Source: Hydrolagus colliei (lineage: Eukaryota). From it: a DNA stretch of 64,000 nt. Under the pieces are notes generated by a model. The model saw only the letters and a program-made list of their open reading frames with translations, was not told where the DNA came from and ran no database searches. Both the position numbers and the translations under genes were made by a program. How positions within the stretch are numbered: the first letter of the stretch is position 1; the number at the start of each line of letters is the position of its first letter. Shown piece by piece: positions 52,936 through 64,000 of the stretch. The stretch spans positions 104,036,001 to 104,100,000 of the forward strand of contig CM068744.1 of assembly GCA_035084275.1 (NCBI GenBank). The letters run 5' to 3'.

Positions 52936-55186
52936 CACCAAATCACACGCAGATACCAACACGTATGTACATATTTAAATAGCGCGCTCACACACTGTAA
53001 CATTCACCAAAAAAATCACTGGGGTACAGGCCAGACAGTATATAGTGTGTCACTGGGTGCAATTGCGTTGATGGCAATGTGTGTGCTGCGGCTTTGCTTT
53101 GGTGAAGCTCAGTTGTGGTGAAGCTGAACCGGAGTTGGGAGTTGCGAATAGAAAGAACAAAATACTGCCCGCGTTTCTCAAGTTGCTTCTCGACCCTTGT
53201 CGAGACGGTGCGGTGCGTGGACTTGACTGTCGCACACATCCGGACAGACTCCCGATCTCTGAACATCTTGTGAACGAATACACTTGCAAGCCGAGAAGGT
53301 TATCTCGGCGAATCCAGGTGCAAAACGGTCCGAGTCGTTAAAACAAAAGCGATCGATAAAACGATTCCGAGTCTCGGTCTTCGAATTCGGTGCATCAATT
53401 CAGAAGAATTGATCTGATTCTTCAGTTCAATCCGATTGAAGAGCGCGATCCTTTACCGAGACGCCGAATATTCGTCTCACACGCCGAATAACTCGTGTAA
53501 CAATTAAGACAACGTCAAAAAGATTTCCGTGGAGAAAACAAGGCTCTTTGCGTGGGTTTCAATATGTGTTGAGTCAAATCCGTGGTCCTTTCTCAAATCA
53601 TTCGTTGTGTTAACGAGCAGAAGTAATGGATTCGACACCGACCGAAAATTGTCATTCTTTTTCCTCTTTTTAAAAAAAAATAAAAATAAAACGCACCGAT
53701 ATCCGAGCACACTCGATGTTATACAGGTTTTTTTTACACACACACACACACACGCGCGATTTCAGATTGTTTTTATTGTGTTGTGGATTGAGCTACATTT
53801 ACAGATGTAATATATTTATTATATTTCTTGGACTGAGCTACATTTATAGCTCAATACAATTGGTTTTAGTCACCAACTTTTCAGTGCAGGGTGTCAGTGA
53901 GTGTTTCAGTGGGTATGTCTACCCACGTTTGCTTCTTGGAGGGACTCGGAAAATAAACCAAAACCTGTTTAACCGAACGAGTTAAAGTGAGACGAGGCTC
54001 CCGAGTCATAAATTGGCGGTATTAATAGTGTGAGTGTTCGATAATCGATAGGACAAAACCTGTACAATATCATGGACTTGGGCGCCTTTCGATAACATTT
54101 TTTTCCCGAATGTTTTGGGAGAAATATCAAGATGATATACATCAAGAGAAATATAGATGTAACTCCAGGGGGCATAATTTAGTGAACGAAACTACTTTGT
54201 TCTCCATTGAGAAGTGATCTCTAACAGATTCAGTATACCCTAAACACGAGAACGAGTAGCAAATGTGATCTGCAAATGACATGTCTGGTGGAATATAACA
54301 ATTAATGGAAAGGAAGGAAGGAAGGGAGACTACATTCTGGATCCACATCAGTTTGAATGTCTGTATAAATTCATCAGGGTTTATACAATCGCTTCCTATT
54401 TACCAGATGAAACATTAAAGCCCACAGAGTTACAGTCACTGGGGCAGAGACAAGCTCTCTCACTGTCGACCCTGTCCTGGGATTGCCTTTAAACCAACGC
54501 AGATTCGGTCAGTGATCTTTTCATTATCGACGAGCAACCAAATTCCTTGTCCTACGAATTTCTGACACAGTCTTGGTTCAATGCCTGCTAAATTCACAGA
54601 TTAGAATATTCCAACATCTCAATTGGGACCGATGTATCGCTGGGTGCCCCGCGATTTTTCTTTTTGCAACAGCAATGAGAATGCAGCTGTCCCTTTGGGT
54701 GACAGTTTCACCTTAAACCAAAAGGAACAACATAGACATCAACAGACATCTTATTGGCAATGTAACAGCAAGAGACAGGGATTGGGGGAGGAAAACACGG
54801 AGTGGGGAGACGGTTATCTCACTGTCCATTCTTGAACGCTGAACCCCGACACTCTCCATCAAATAGCTTTGACACTGCCGGAGAAGTCCTGTACATTGTG
54901 GTTATTTTGCAAATATTCTCCCTCCCGTCTTAAGATTTACCCCCCCTCGCACCCGACCTATAAACAGCAGTCGTTAGTTTACGAATTGCAGAACAGCTTC
55001 AAAGTTAAGACTGAATTCAACGATTTGCCGAATTCCGGACGCTCTAAAATGCTACATAAATAGAGTAAATGTACACCCTGGTGGGATTTCCGCCCACGAG
55101 AGTTTGCTTGTCTGTTGTAAACTTCGCTCATTTGTTTTAGGATATAATCAGTTATTTCGTATTGAAAGCGAATAGTCTGTTTCCCC

Positions 55187-55220
55187 TTCTCTCTCTCTCT
55201 CCCTCTCTCTCTCTCTCTCT
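55187..55220. repeat. (CT)n microsatellite
   Basis: Read directly from the sequence. Confidence 0.95.
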
Positions 55221-56196
55221 AGCACTGCGGGTTTTCATTGCTTTTGTACCATCATTCTCTCCTCCCGACTTCTAATAGGTCGCTTTATCATCCTACACAA
55301 AAATTGCTATTTAATTGCCTTATTACGAGAAGGTCAAGTATAGCTCGTCGGGCGGGGGGGGGTGGTAGATACACAGCCAGTGTGAGAGAGCGTATCTTTT
55401 AAACAGATTCTCTTTTATGGTTGTGTGTTTGCAAGGGGCGCCCTTAAAAATATAGATATTATTTCATTGTAGGAAGTATATGAATTATAATTCCACAAAT
55501 CACTGGATATTATCAGTGTCCCGGTTCAGCTCGGCTGCTAATTTATCGTTCATGAAATATTGCAATGCAACATTTCCGTACGAAAATATATTCGCATCGT
55601 AAATTAACTGCGTGTGTTTAAAATATCCCCCCCCCCCCCTGTTCTGGGTGTTATATCGTGTATTAAATTTGAAGAACGGGAAACTTTTTTCTTTGCCCTC
55701 GCCGCATCCAGCTTCCTCCCGAAGCTTTAATGTACTGCGCGGCGGCTGCTTCTACCCCCAAGACAGATAGAGGATTAGCAATATTTCAAAAGAAAGAAGA
55801 GTTAATGCTGTATAGTGTGAACTGTCCCACCCCTGCAATAGGCTAGAGCAGAATTACAGCTTGTAAGTTTCGTCTGCATCAGTCTCCCTGGAGACTGCGC
55901 AACTTGGGTGTTCCAGACCTTAGTTTAACTAGTTAAACCCCGTGTTTATTATCCCTGACTTTCTAAACTCGGCGCAAACTTTTTTCAACTGCCTGACGTT
56001 TCCAATACATTCGTGGTCCTCGTTTTCTCAGAAACGTTCCATCCAATCGACCCTTCGCGGTCTTGGTTATTTTTGCATCGATGAAAATCTCCACGTCGAC
56101 CAAATAGAAATGGAATATGATGGAACGTGTCAATTATATTTGGATGCCCACGATTTTTATGAATCCACTTCGGATGGTTTGAAAATAACATGTGTG

Positions 56197-56202
<6 letters not shown>

Positions 56203-56233
<31 letters not shown>
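56203..56233. repeat. (AC)n microsatellite
   Basis: Read directly from the sequence. Confidence 0.95.
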
Positions 56234-56235
<2 letters not shown>

Positions 56236-56371
56236 CACAAGCTTTGCGGTAGGTTCAGTGGCAATCACAGCCACGGTAAAGGGGAGCTAAGATCCACATT
56301 GAGGTCTAGCAGCAAATTTCACAAAGGTTCAATCTATAGTGGATGATGGTTTGGTTAGAGGCTGATGTATT

Positions 56372-57018
56372 CCCCCCCCCCCCCCCGCCCCCCCCCCACC
56401 CGCCCCCCTACCCTCCAGAAACCCCTGTAATTTATTGCCCCACAACCGACCTGTACAAAAATGTGGCGACTGGCGATATTTACTACTCGTAATCAAATAA
56501 CGCAAATGGTTAAAAAACATAATTAAAATGGCTCACAGAAGTAAACGGACCAGCAAACTCCCTTAATATAGGCGGTATCTGTGTACAGTTGCCATAACAA
56601 CTCTAAACCGTCCAAGCTTACAGTCTGTAACCTACTAGGTCTGAACCGAAGGCATTTGGTGCCTTTCCCCCCCCCCCCCCCCCCCCCTGATAAATCAAAT
56701 CTTTCCGAGAGAATCTCTACGTGATTTTTTTTGTGGATCCTGGGTTTGCAGCAGGGTGGGGGGGGGGGGGGGGGGGGGGGGGGGCGGGGATGTGTAACAG
56801 TGCGCTTTCTTCGCTGGGTTAACTCACGATTCAAACACCGTCACATTATAACCTAATTAAACTTTTCTCTCTTAAAGAGAAATCTCAGATCTGGGGCATT
56901 TGGAACGGTTTTCTGTTCCACTTAGCACCATGGCTCCGTGTTATGTCTCTACAGAAATCCTGTTCTTTTTTAGTGCATTGAGCGGTTTGGGGGGGGGGGG
57001 GGGGGGGAGGGGAGGGGA
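56372..57018. repeat. Cluster of poly-C/poly-G tracts
   Basis: Runs near 56372-56408 (C), 56667-56687 (C), 56758-56784 (G), 56989-57007 (G). Confidence 0.95.
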
Positions 57019-57680
57019 AGAACTATTCTGCTTTTGAAGGTATTACTTTGTTCTTTTCGTTAGCTCTGGACAATTCTGTTCCTTTTTTGGGGGTGGGATA
57101 ATTAATGCAATCCGCATCAAAAGGTATTAGGCGTTCTTTGGTGTTGACCGGTTTAAAGGACGGGGCCGAAATGTTGCCCAACATAGACTAAATAAAATGC
57201 CTCCTATCACACAAAATGTTAATGTTGCTCAGTTTTACAACAGTATAAACCCAAGTTCATTGCTGTAGTCCTACATTATTCCTCCACTCTTCCGAGCTGT
57301 TTTCTTTTTAACCAGCTTCGTGTGTTTAAATATATCGCGGATTTCTTCTGGAAATCTAAATGACCTTTCAGTATTTTACACATATGACTTTAAAATTAAA
57401 TCTCCTGAGCGGAGCAAGGTTTAGTCGTTAATGTTATGGCGTTAACTACAGAAAGGTTTTTTTTTAACGTGAAAGAAGCCGGCTACTTTGAACCTGCATA
57501 TGAAAAGGCCAGTTACATTTAATTCAGCGCTGGAGTGAGCTTCACAAAGGTTATTTCCCATCAGAGAATGTGAAATGAAGTACGTGGGTATACACTCATT
57601 TAATGACAAGTAATTGACAAATCCGAAGACTCGCATTACTAGAGGAATAGAACTGTATTAATTATTTAACAACCATTATA

Positions 57681-57880
57681 NNNNNNNNNNNNNNNNNNNN
57701 NNNNNNNNNNNNNNNNNNNNNNNNNNNNNNNNNNNNNNNNNNNNNNNNNNNNNNNNNNNNNNNNNNNNNNNNNNNNNNNNNNNNNNNNNNNNNNNNNNNN
57801 NNNNNNNNNNNNNNNNNNNNNNNNNNNNNNNNNNNNNNNNNNNNNNNNNNNNNNNNNNNNNNNNNNNNNNNNNNNNNNNN
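57681..57880. other. Assembly gap (200 N)
   Basis: Exactly 200 Ns; the round number suggests a placeholder of unknown true length. Confidence 0.99.
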
Positions 57881-58556
57881 CTAATCGAAAAAGGAGCAAG
57901 CTTCTCCCAGTGTCCAGGCCAACATTCCCCCAAATAAAATTGGGCATTCACTTCATAGCTGTTTGTGTAATATTGCTGTGTAAAAATTGGATATTGCATT
58001 TGTAATTTTGTTGTTGTTGTATTTGCTACAAATATATAGTCACTAACTACACTTCACAATATACCTAGTGAGATGCTTTGAGACACCTCAATGACGTGAT
58101 CAGTTGTTGCATCAAGTGCAAGGATTATTATTATTATTTCTATTATTATTTCATTCGCAACATCTCTAATTCATCTTGCTTCATCCATTGTCTATCAAGA
58201 TATCAACATTAAAAAATCCTTGCAAGGTATTAGTGGCATTAGGTTAAGGCAATTAGAGCATCTCTGAATGGCTCAGTGAAATAGGTAGTAATGTAGTTAT
58301 CTTATTGTACAATGTGCAGGCTACAATTACATAAAAATGACAATGCAACATAATTTGTAATACAGGAATTGCAAAATATTGTTGATTTATTGCAAATTCA
58401 GTTTGCTACCTGAAAACTGCAAACAACTAACATAACAAATCTAGCTTGCGATTTTTTCAAATTTCCACCATCAACAACATCATGTATTTATAAAGTGCCC
58501 TTCACACAAGATAGGCTGATTGAGACTCCAATCCAGTTTTACCCCAAACCTCATTC

Positions 58557-58875
58557 ATGTCCTGTAGCTCAGTGGTTGGAGCATTCGCCTTACAAGCATG
58601 AAACCTGTGTTCGAATCCAGGCAGGTCAGGGCGAAAACTTGGGCAAATTTCCTTACTCTACATGCCTAATAATAATCCCTCCAAAAGAAACACAATAATA
58701 AAATTGATCATTTTAATCCACGACTGTTTGTGGGATACTGCTGCGCACAATTGGTTGCTACGTTTTGCCCACAATTATACAGTCAAATTCACTTTACAGT
58801 ATATTTTGTGAAGTGCAATGAGACATCTAGAAGATGTGAAAAGCACTATATCAAAAAAAAGCAAGGATTATTATA
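58557..58875 (+). mobile_element. tRNA-derived SINE, short variant, upstream of the first visible chs exon
   Basis: gtcctgtagctcagtggttggagc...gttcgaatcc...gcaaggattatt. Confidence 0.9.
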
Positions 58876-59109
58876 CCAATTATATGATTTACTGTTCATT
58901 GTAATCCCACTTTAATTACTGTGATATAAAGTTATTTCATTGAATTGGTTGGAATATTTTGGCCACTGTAGAACATGTTTAATCTGAGCTAATTGTATTG
59001 AAGGTTAGAACCTATTCAATGAGGAACTTTTACACACAGCTATCCTTTTGAACAATGTTTCATTTTGACATTATTCATTTTGCTAAATAGTTTTTTTTTC
59101 TCTTTTTAG

Positions 59110-59464
59110 GTACAATAGTCAAAAGTGGAACCATCATCTCGCCGAGTGGAATTTTTATTACATCAATGATGCTTGTTTATTTAATCTGTGCATTACTTCA
59201 CCCCAAAGAGTTCCATCTTGTGGCCTATGGCCCCTTGTATTTCTTATGCATTCCTGCTGGCTCCGTTGTCTTATCTATTTACACATTTGTAAATTTGAAT
59301 GTCACATCTTGGGGAACAAGAGAATCTTCAAATACGCAAACTAGCGGCAATACGCCAACTGCTAAAGAAACATTCTTGAAGCAGTGCAAACTGGGCCCCT
59401 GGTATCTTTATTGTACAGTTCGTAAGCGAGTCAAGAATGCAGCTGACAAGGAAACACAGCAAAG
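59110..59464 (+). CDS. chs: Chitin synthase (GT2) internal exon carrying the SWGTRE motif
   Basis: Acceptor ttttttttctctttttag|G, donor CAAAG|gtagtg. Translates (phase 1) TIVKSGTIISPSGIFITSMMLVYLICALLHPKEFHLVAYGPLYFLCIPAGSVVLSIYTFVNLNVTSWGTRE..., matching the metazoan CHS pattern LHPxEF...YFLxIP...IY..VN.N..SWGTRE; motif at 59307-59324. Confidence 0.95.
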
Positions 59465-60203
59465 GTAGTGATTAATCATGACTATTTCATTATTGCTCAG
59501 TCCTGTTTAAACTATTTATAAATTTCGTAGACAAAAGCACAACCTGTGTAATGTTAAAATATTTGTTGTTGAAACTAAGCTACGTGGATTGATGCAGAAT
59601 ATAAGAAAGATACATCACATGCAGGAAGAATTGAAGAGATAGAGAAGAGATAGAGCAGCAATATTGCATTAGTTTCACATCCCAATGTGAGTTCAAAGTC
59701 CCAACTTGGGGATTGAACCCACAAGCATCTGAACTCAGAGATGTGTTACAGTTCAATGCCAATGAAGTTTGTAGCTAATGCACCATTGATCTGCAACCGA
59801 TAATTCAGATCGGTTTCAATCACAAAGAAAGATTGCTTGACATTTTGCATCAATTACCTCCAATGATCGCTGAGAATTTCTAACTGTGTTGCTTCAATTT
59901 TGATACTTCTCTCTATAGCAGTAAAGTTACCAAAGAGGAATTGAATTTAATAATAAGTAATAAGAAGTATCCAAACCTTTATCTTAGTACCTTATCAAAT
60001 CAACAAAACATCTCAAAGCATTTAACAGGATTTACTACACAGTGTGGTGTCTCTGGGTCTGCATGCTTAACTTCAAAACAACTCAGTTGATAACATGCTC
60101 ACAAGTCTTGTTGGTAGATACTGTATCAAATACCAGATTGTTTAAAATAATGGTTACTATTTAATAAAATAAATTAATCTTTCCATTTGTTATATTTGTT
60201 TGT

Positions 60204-60522
60204 GGAGCTCCTGTAGGTCAGTGGTTCTTGCACTCGCCTTACAAGTGTGAGACCTGTGTTTGAATCCAGGCAGATCAGGGCAAAATCTTGGGCAAGTTTC
60301 CTTACTCCACATTCCTAATAATACTCCCTCCAAAAAATACCACAATAGTAAAATTGGTCATTTCAATCCATGACTATTTGTGGGACACTGCTGTGCACAA
60401 TTGGCTGCCACAATTTGCCCACAAATATACAGTCAATTCACTTTACAGTATATTCTGTGAAGTGCTTTGAGACGTCAATAAGATGTGAAATCGCGATATC
60501 AAAATACAAGGATTATTATTAT
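60204..60522 (+). mobile_element. tRNA-derived SINE, short variant, in a chs intron
   Basis: ggagctcctgtaggtcagtgg...caaggattattatt. Confidence 0.9.
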
Positions 60523-60544
60523 ATATATGTTATTGCTTTCCCAG

Positions 60545-60597
60545 GACAATTGCAGAAACAGTTGACAACGTTGAAGAAAATCTACCACTGGAAAATT
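60545..60597 (+). CDS. chs: Chitin synthase, candidate small linker exon
   Basis: ttattgctttcccag|G...GAAAATT|gtgagc; 53 nt, phase 2 in and phase 1 out, open (R)TIAETVDNVEENLPLEN. Bridges the phases of the neighbouring exons; no family motif to confirm it. Confidence 0.6.
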
Positions 60598-61856
60598 GTG
60601 AGCAAATAGCACGTTAAATTTTTTTGCATTTTTTTGTAACATTGTCGTCTCACAGAGGCTTACTTTCAGTATGCAATAGCAGTGTTATGGGATGTTTTTA
60701 TGATAGCAAAACACTTGTCTTAATATGTTACAAAATGCATGGTTTCAGTTCTTATTTTGTGATCTTGAGGTCACTTCCAATATTTTTCATAAGTCACCAT
60801 CTATATCCCATCTCTGATCGGTCTCTCCTGATACCATACTTTTCAAATTCATACTTTCACAGCAATTTTATTTTAGGTCCATTAAGGTGATTTGTGTTGT
60901 TGCTGTTTGGGAGGAAAACACTTTTTCTGCTTTAGGTACACAGCGGGGTCATACTTTGTGTATCAGCAAGTTTATTTCCCTTTTACAATGGGACTAAAGC
61001 AATTTCAAGCTTGATTTATCCTAGAACCTAGAAGTGTCTCCCACCGAGGTAAGAGAACACAACTGGGTACAATGTACCTTCGGAGCTGAGTTTTTACCTG
61101 TTCAACATGTGTGACACACTTCAGGCCATCAGGAAGATGTCCTCACTCGAATTCCCTGTGAAGGAATCCCATTGGAAATCACCATATATTATCGCTCAAT
61201 ATCTATGGCCGAAGCAAATATCATTGGAATGTACTAAACATAACCATTGCCTGGAGCAGCATCCTCAAACAAGAAACAAAATAGTTTTAACTGGTTAAAA
61301 CCCACCTGTACACTACAGTGCCAAATACTCTGATACACACCTAGGAAGAGAGAACTTATTCCATCCCAGACATGTGAATTACCATGTGTCAATGGCACAC
61401 TTGGAACTCTGTCTGGTGTGAATATGCTTAAGTATGGCACTGCACAGTTAATGGTAATATAATGTCAAGGTTATGTGATCTTTTATCAATTAACCATTTC
61501 ATTAAGGCAGGTCATTGCCTACAAGGCAACAGTAGTTTAGAAGCTAGACTACCAAATGTGTGTAATATATTCAGTGCATTGAATTTTCAACATAATTGTA
61601 ATCCAACTGATCACTAAATTATACTAATACTAAAAATAATAATCATTACATTGGATAAATGATCTTTCTCTCTAGGAGGATGTTTCAAACACTACGCAGA
61701 ATATACTATGGAGTTGATAAATTGTGTATTTTGTAGGCAAATGCATACATTGTAAATGAACAAGATAGGCTGTGAGTTAGTGTATCTCTTAGGATAAGTA
61801 GTGATGACAATTGTGCAGAAATAGCAGAATCGTTATTTTACGGTTGTATTTCGAAG

Positions 61857-61921
61857 GTTGGATCCCACAACTAACAGGACATGGGTCGCACACACCATTT
61901 GTTGAAGACACACTGGAAGAG
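61857..61921 (+). CDS. chs: Chitin synthase small exon (WI...LEE)
   Basis: gtatttcgaag|GT TGG ATC...GAA GAG|gtacaa; 65 nt, phase 1 to 0; WIPQLTGHGSHTPFVEDTLEE joins DETLFW of the next exon, giving the CHS pattern WI...L..xE..FW. Confidence 0.75.
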
Positions 61922-62752
61922 GTACAATGATGCTTCTGTTGGATTTTAAATGACATTGTATTATTGTCCAGGCTAATACCCTGAAGATCTGGTTTGGGTT
62001 GAATTAGTCAGCTACTCAGGTTTAAACAGCCAACTGAATTCCCCATTTTGTGTTTTATTTCTCAATTGTTGCTTAGAATTGCCATCAAAAATAATGATTT
62101 ATCCCGACCATAGGCTTTTTATATAAGAGCACAGCATTGGCAGACCACAGCTTTAGCCAGCGAGTAACTGAGAATTAAATACCACTCGGTATATTATCTT
62201 CAGGAATCATAGAGATAAGAAGGAAGGTGGAGCATTAGTATTATGAGTCTAAAAGACCACAGTAAAAAAAGACAATTGGTGGGTGGAAGGGAGTTGCAGA
62301 CATAGACAATTTGGATATGGATAAGAAAAGTAATAGGTTTGAAAAAAAGATTTTGAGATGATTCAGTAGCTTGCCTCAAAGAAAACTTAGGAGGAGAGAT
62401 TTTGTAGGCATCCTTTTTGACTGTGCCTTCAGCCACTCTCCTACCTCTCTGCCCTTCTTCATCGCAACTCTGCCCCCACCCCCCACCGTGCTCAGGTCCT
62501 GATCCCCAACTATTCAGTTCCTTGTGATGTCCTCAGGATGTGAAAGGCACTTTACAACTATTATTTTGTTGTTGTTATTGTGGTAGGAGAACAAATAGAC
62601 CAATATTTTTGCTAAGTGGAGTTTTAGAGATTTTGTTTCTATTATTGTCACTGCATTTTGGGGATTATGAAAGTACTGGATTCAATGCAAAACACAGTAG
62701 CATAATTCAATGGCAAAAAAAGCATCTTAAATAGTCTCTTGTCTTATTGTAG

Positions 62753-62863
62753 GATGAAACATTATTTTGGTATGACTTGATTGACATTTATCTCAAACCT
62801 CTTCATGAAGATAAAGCTTATTTGGAAAAAGCAAACCACGATCTCTTGACTCTGAGGAACAAG
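62753..62863 (+). CDS. chs: Chitin synthase exon (FW..LI..YL.P...LRNK)
   Basis: gtcttattgtag|GAT...AACAAG|gtaggc; 111 nt, phase 0/0; DETLFWYDLIDIYLKPLHEDKAYLEKANHDLLTLRNK, the conserved pre-transmembrane CHS block. Absent from the ORF track. Confidence 0.93.
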
Positions 62864-63169
62864 GTAGGCTCTGACATTTCCTCTTTATTATTCACTGGGG
62901 ATGGCTTGATAATATCGATCGGTTGGAACTATCCTATTATCTAGTCTGGATTCTCGGGTGATGATGCTGTAGTGGTGGATGTTTTCTTAATTATTACTGT
63001 CACCCTCTGACACAAACATTACTTATAATCCATTACCCAGTATTTTCTCTGCAGAACAAATATTTTCCTTTTACATTCACAGTTTGCATTTATATATCAC
63101 CCTTCATGTATGATACTGTATAGGACAAGTGTTGCCATTGTTCAGGGAGGAGATGAACAAGTGTTAGGC

Positions 63170-63642
63170 TGCCTCAGTTGGTAGACACTCCTTTCTCTGG
63201 GTCAGAAAGTTGGAGGATTGAACCTCATGTTGGGATTTAGGCCACATATACACTCGGCTGTCAGTATAATGGAATGCTTGGAGTGTCATGCATGGTTGGA
63301 AGTGTTCTTTTAGATGAGATGTTAAATCACTTCACGTAACATTATGTATTCTGAAGTACTGTACTTTGAGGTATCATGACGATGTGGTAATGCGTTATAT
63401 CAAATGCAAGGATCATTATTATTGTTGAACCTGTCTGTTTGTTCAGGTAGATGTAAAGGATTCCTTGCCGATGCACTCCCAGTGTCCCAACCAACAATCC
63501 CCCTGATAAAATTGGTCAGTCACTTCCTAAATCTTTTGAGGGATATTACTGTGTACAAATTGGTCAATTAGAGAATGCAGTGAATACACTTTGAGACATC
63601 CAATATGAAAGGCGCCATACCAAATGGAAGGATAATAATATA
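63170..63642 (+). mobile_element. Old Deu-domain SINE in a chs intron
   Basis: gcctcagttggtagacactc...gggtcagaaagttg...gatgagatgttaaa...caggtagatgtaaaggat...aaggcgccatac. Confidence 0.7.
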
Positions 63643-63752
63643 CATAGGACAATCGATGAATCAATGAAGATCCATCACAATTTTCACCTATTGTTTCTTT
63701 GTAAACTTCCAGGATGTATGTAAGATTATGCTGGTACTTTTTGTTTCACCAG

Positions 63753-63970
63753 GCTGTTTTCATTTATATGATGATCAATGCAATTTGGATAGTGGCAACT
63801 GTCATCCTGCAAATCGTGGCTTCTACGATTGTAATCAGGATCCCAAAATTCCTCACAGATGGAAGTTACGTAGAAAATGAATTCATTTATGTGGACCCAC
63901 TTGGCATCATGTTTATAATTTCCTTTGCACTTCTTGTGTTGGTTCAATTCTTCACAATGTTATATCACAG
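63753..63970 (+). CDS. chs: Chitin synthase exon with C-terminal transmembrane helices (ends MLYHR)
   Basis: tttttgtttcaccag|GCT...CACAG|gtaaag; AVFIYMMINAIWIVATVILQ...DPLGIMFIISFALLVLVQFFTMLYHR, matching CHS LRNK-xVF..N......LQ...P.G..F......QF..ML.HR. Confidence 0.93.
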
Positions 63971-64000
63971 GTAAAGATCATTTACAAATACCAATAAGAT

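Larger units (their letters stand above)
52200..57680. promoter_or_regulatory. Transposon-free, CpG-enriched region (CpG-island-like)
   Basis: CpG visibly much more frequent than in flanks; no LINE/SINE recognised over ~5.5 kb; only microsatellites and homopolymers. No transcription start identified. Confidence 0.5.

Noticed and set aside
55942-56346. 134-aa ORF in the CpG-rich region
   Set aside because: Runs through an (AC)n repeat; no recognisable domain or clear splice signals.
56561-56572. CArG box
   Set aside because: CC-TTAATATA-GG has 8 rather than 6 A/T bases.
59166-59468. Standalone 100-aa gene
   Set aside because: Internal exon: the frame extends upstream to the acceptor at 59109 and the stop lies inside the intron.
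59919-59956. Alternative phase 2-to-1 linker exon (SKVTKEELNLII)
   Set aside because: Plausible acceptor but weak donor in an AT-rich tail-like tract; not excluded, but not supportable without transcripts.
61972-62020. Alternative chs exon (PEDLVWVEL...)
   Set aside because: In-frame TAA right after the acceptor; 61857-61921 fits phase and motif better.
63714-63752. ATG start of the 86-aa ORF
   Set aside because: Intronic; the acceptor at 63752 joins LRNK to AVFIY in phase 0.

Overview
Repeat-rich eukaryotic genomic DNA, not prokaryotic. The repeat content (L2 and CR1 LINEs, Deu-domain SINEs resembling shark SacSINE1, a younger tRNA-derived SINE family) points to a cartilaginous fish, possibly a chimaera; this is inference. 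About 1-52 kb is intergenic or intronic: LINE/SINE fragments, Tigger-like and hAT non-autonomous transposons, and several repeat-free islands that look like conserved non-coding elements. About 52.2-57.7 kb is transposon-free and CpG-enriched, ending at a 200-N assembly gap (57681-57880). After the gap lie five phase-compatible + strand exons of a chitin synthase (SWGTRE motif, WI...EExxFW...YLKP...LRNK, MLYHR), running off the right edge; I did not find its catalytic 5' exons in the window. Most entries in the ORF track are repeat-derived or spurious. Repeat boundaries were read by eye and are approximate unless a TSD/TIR is quoted.
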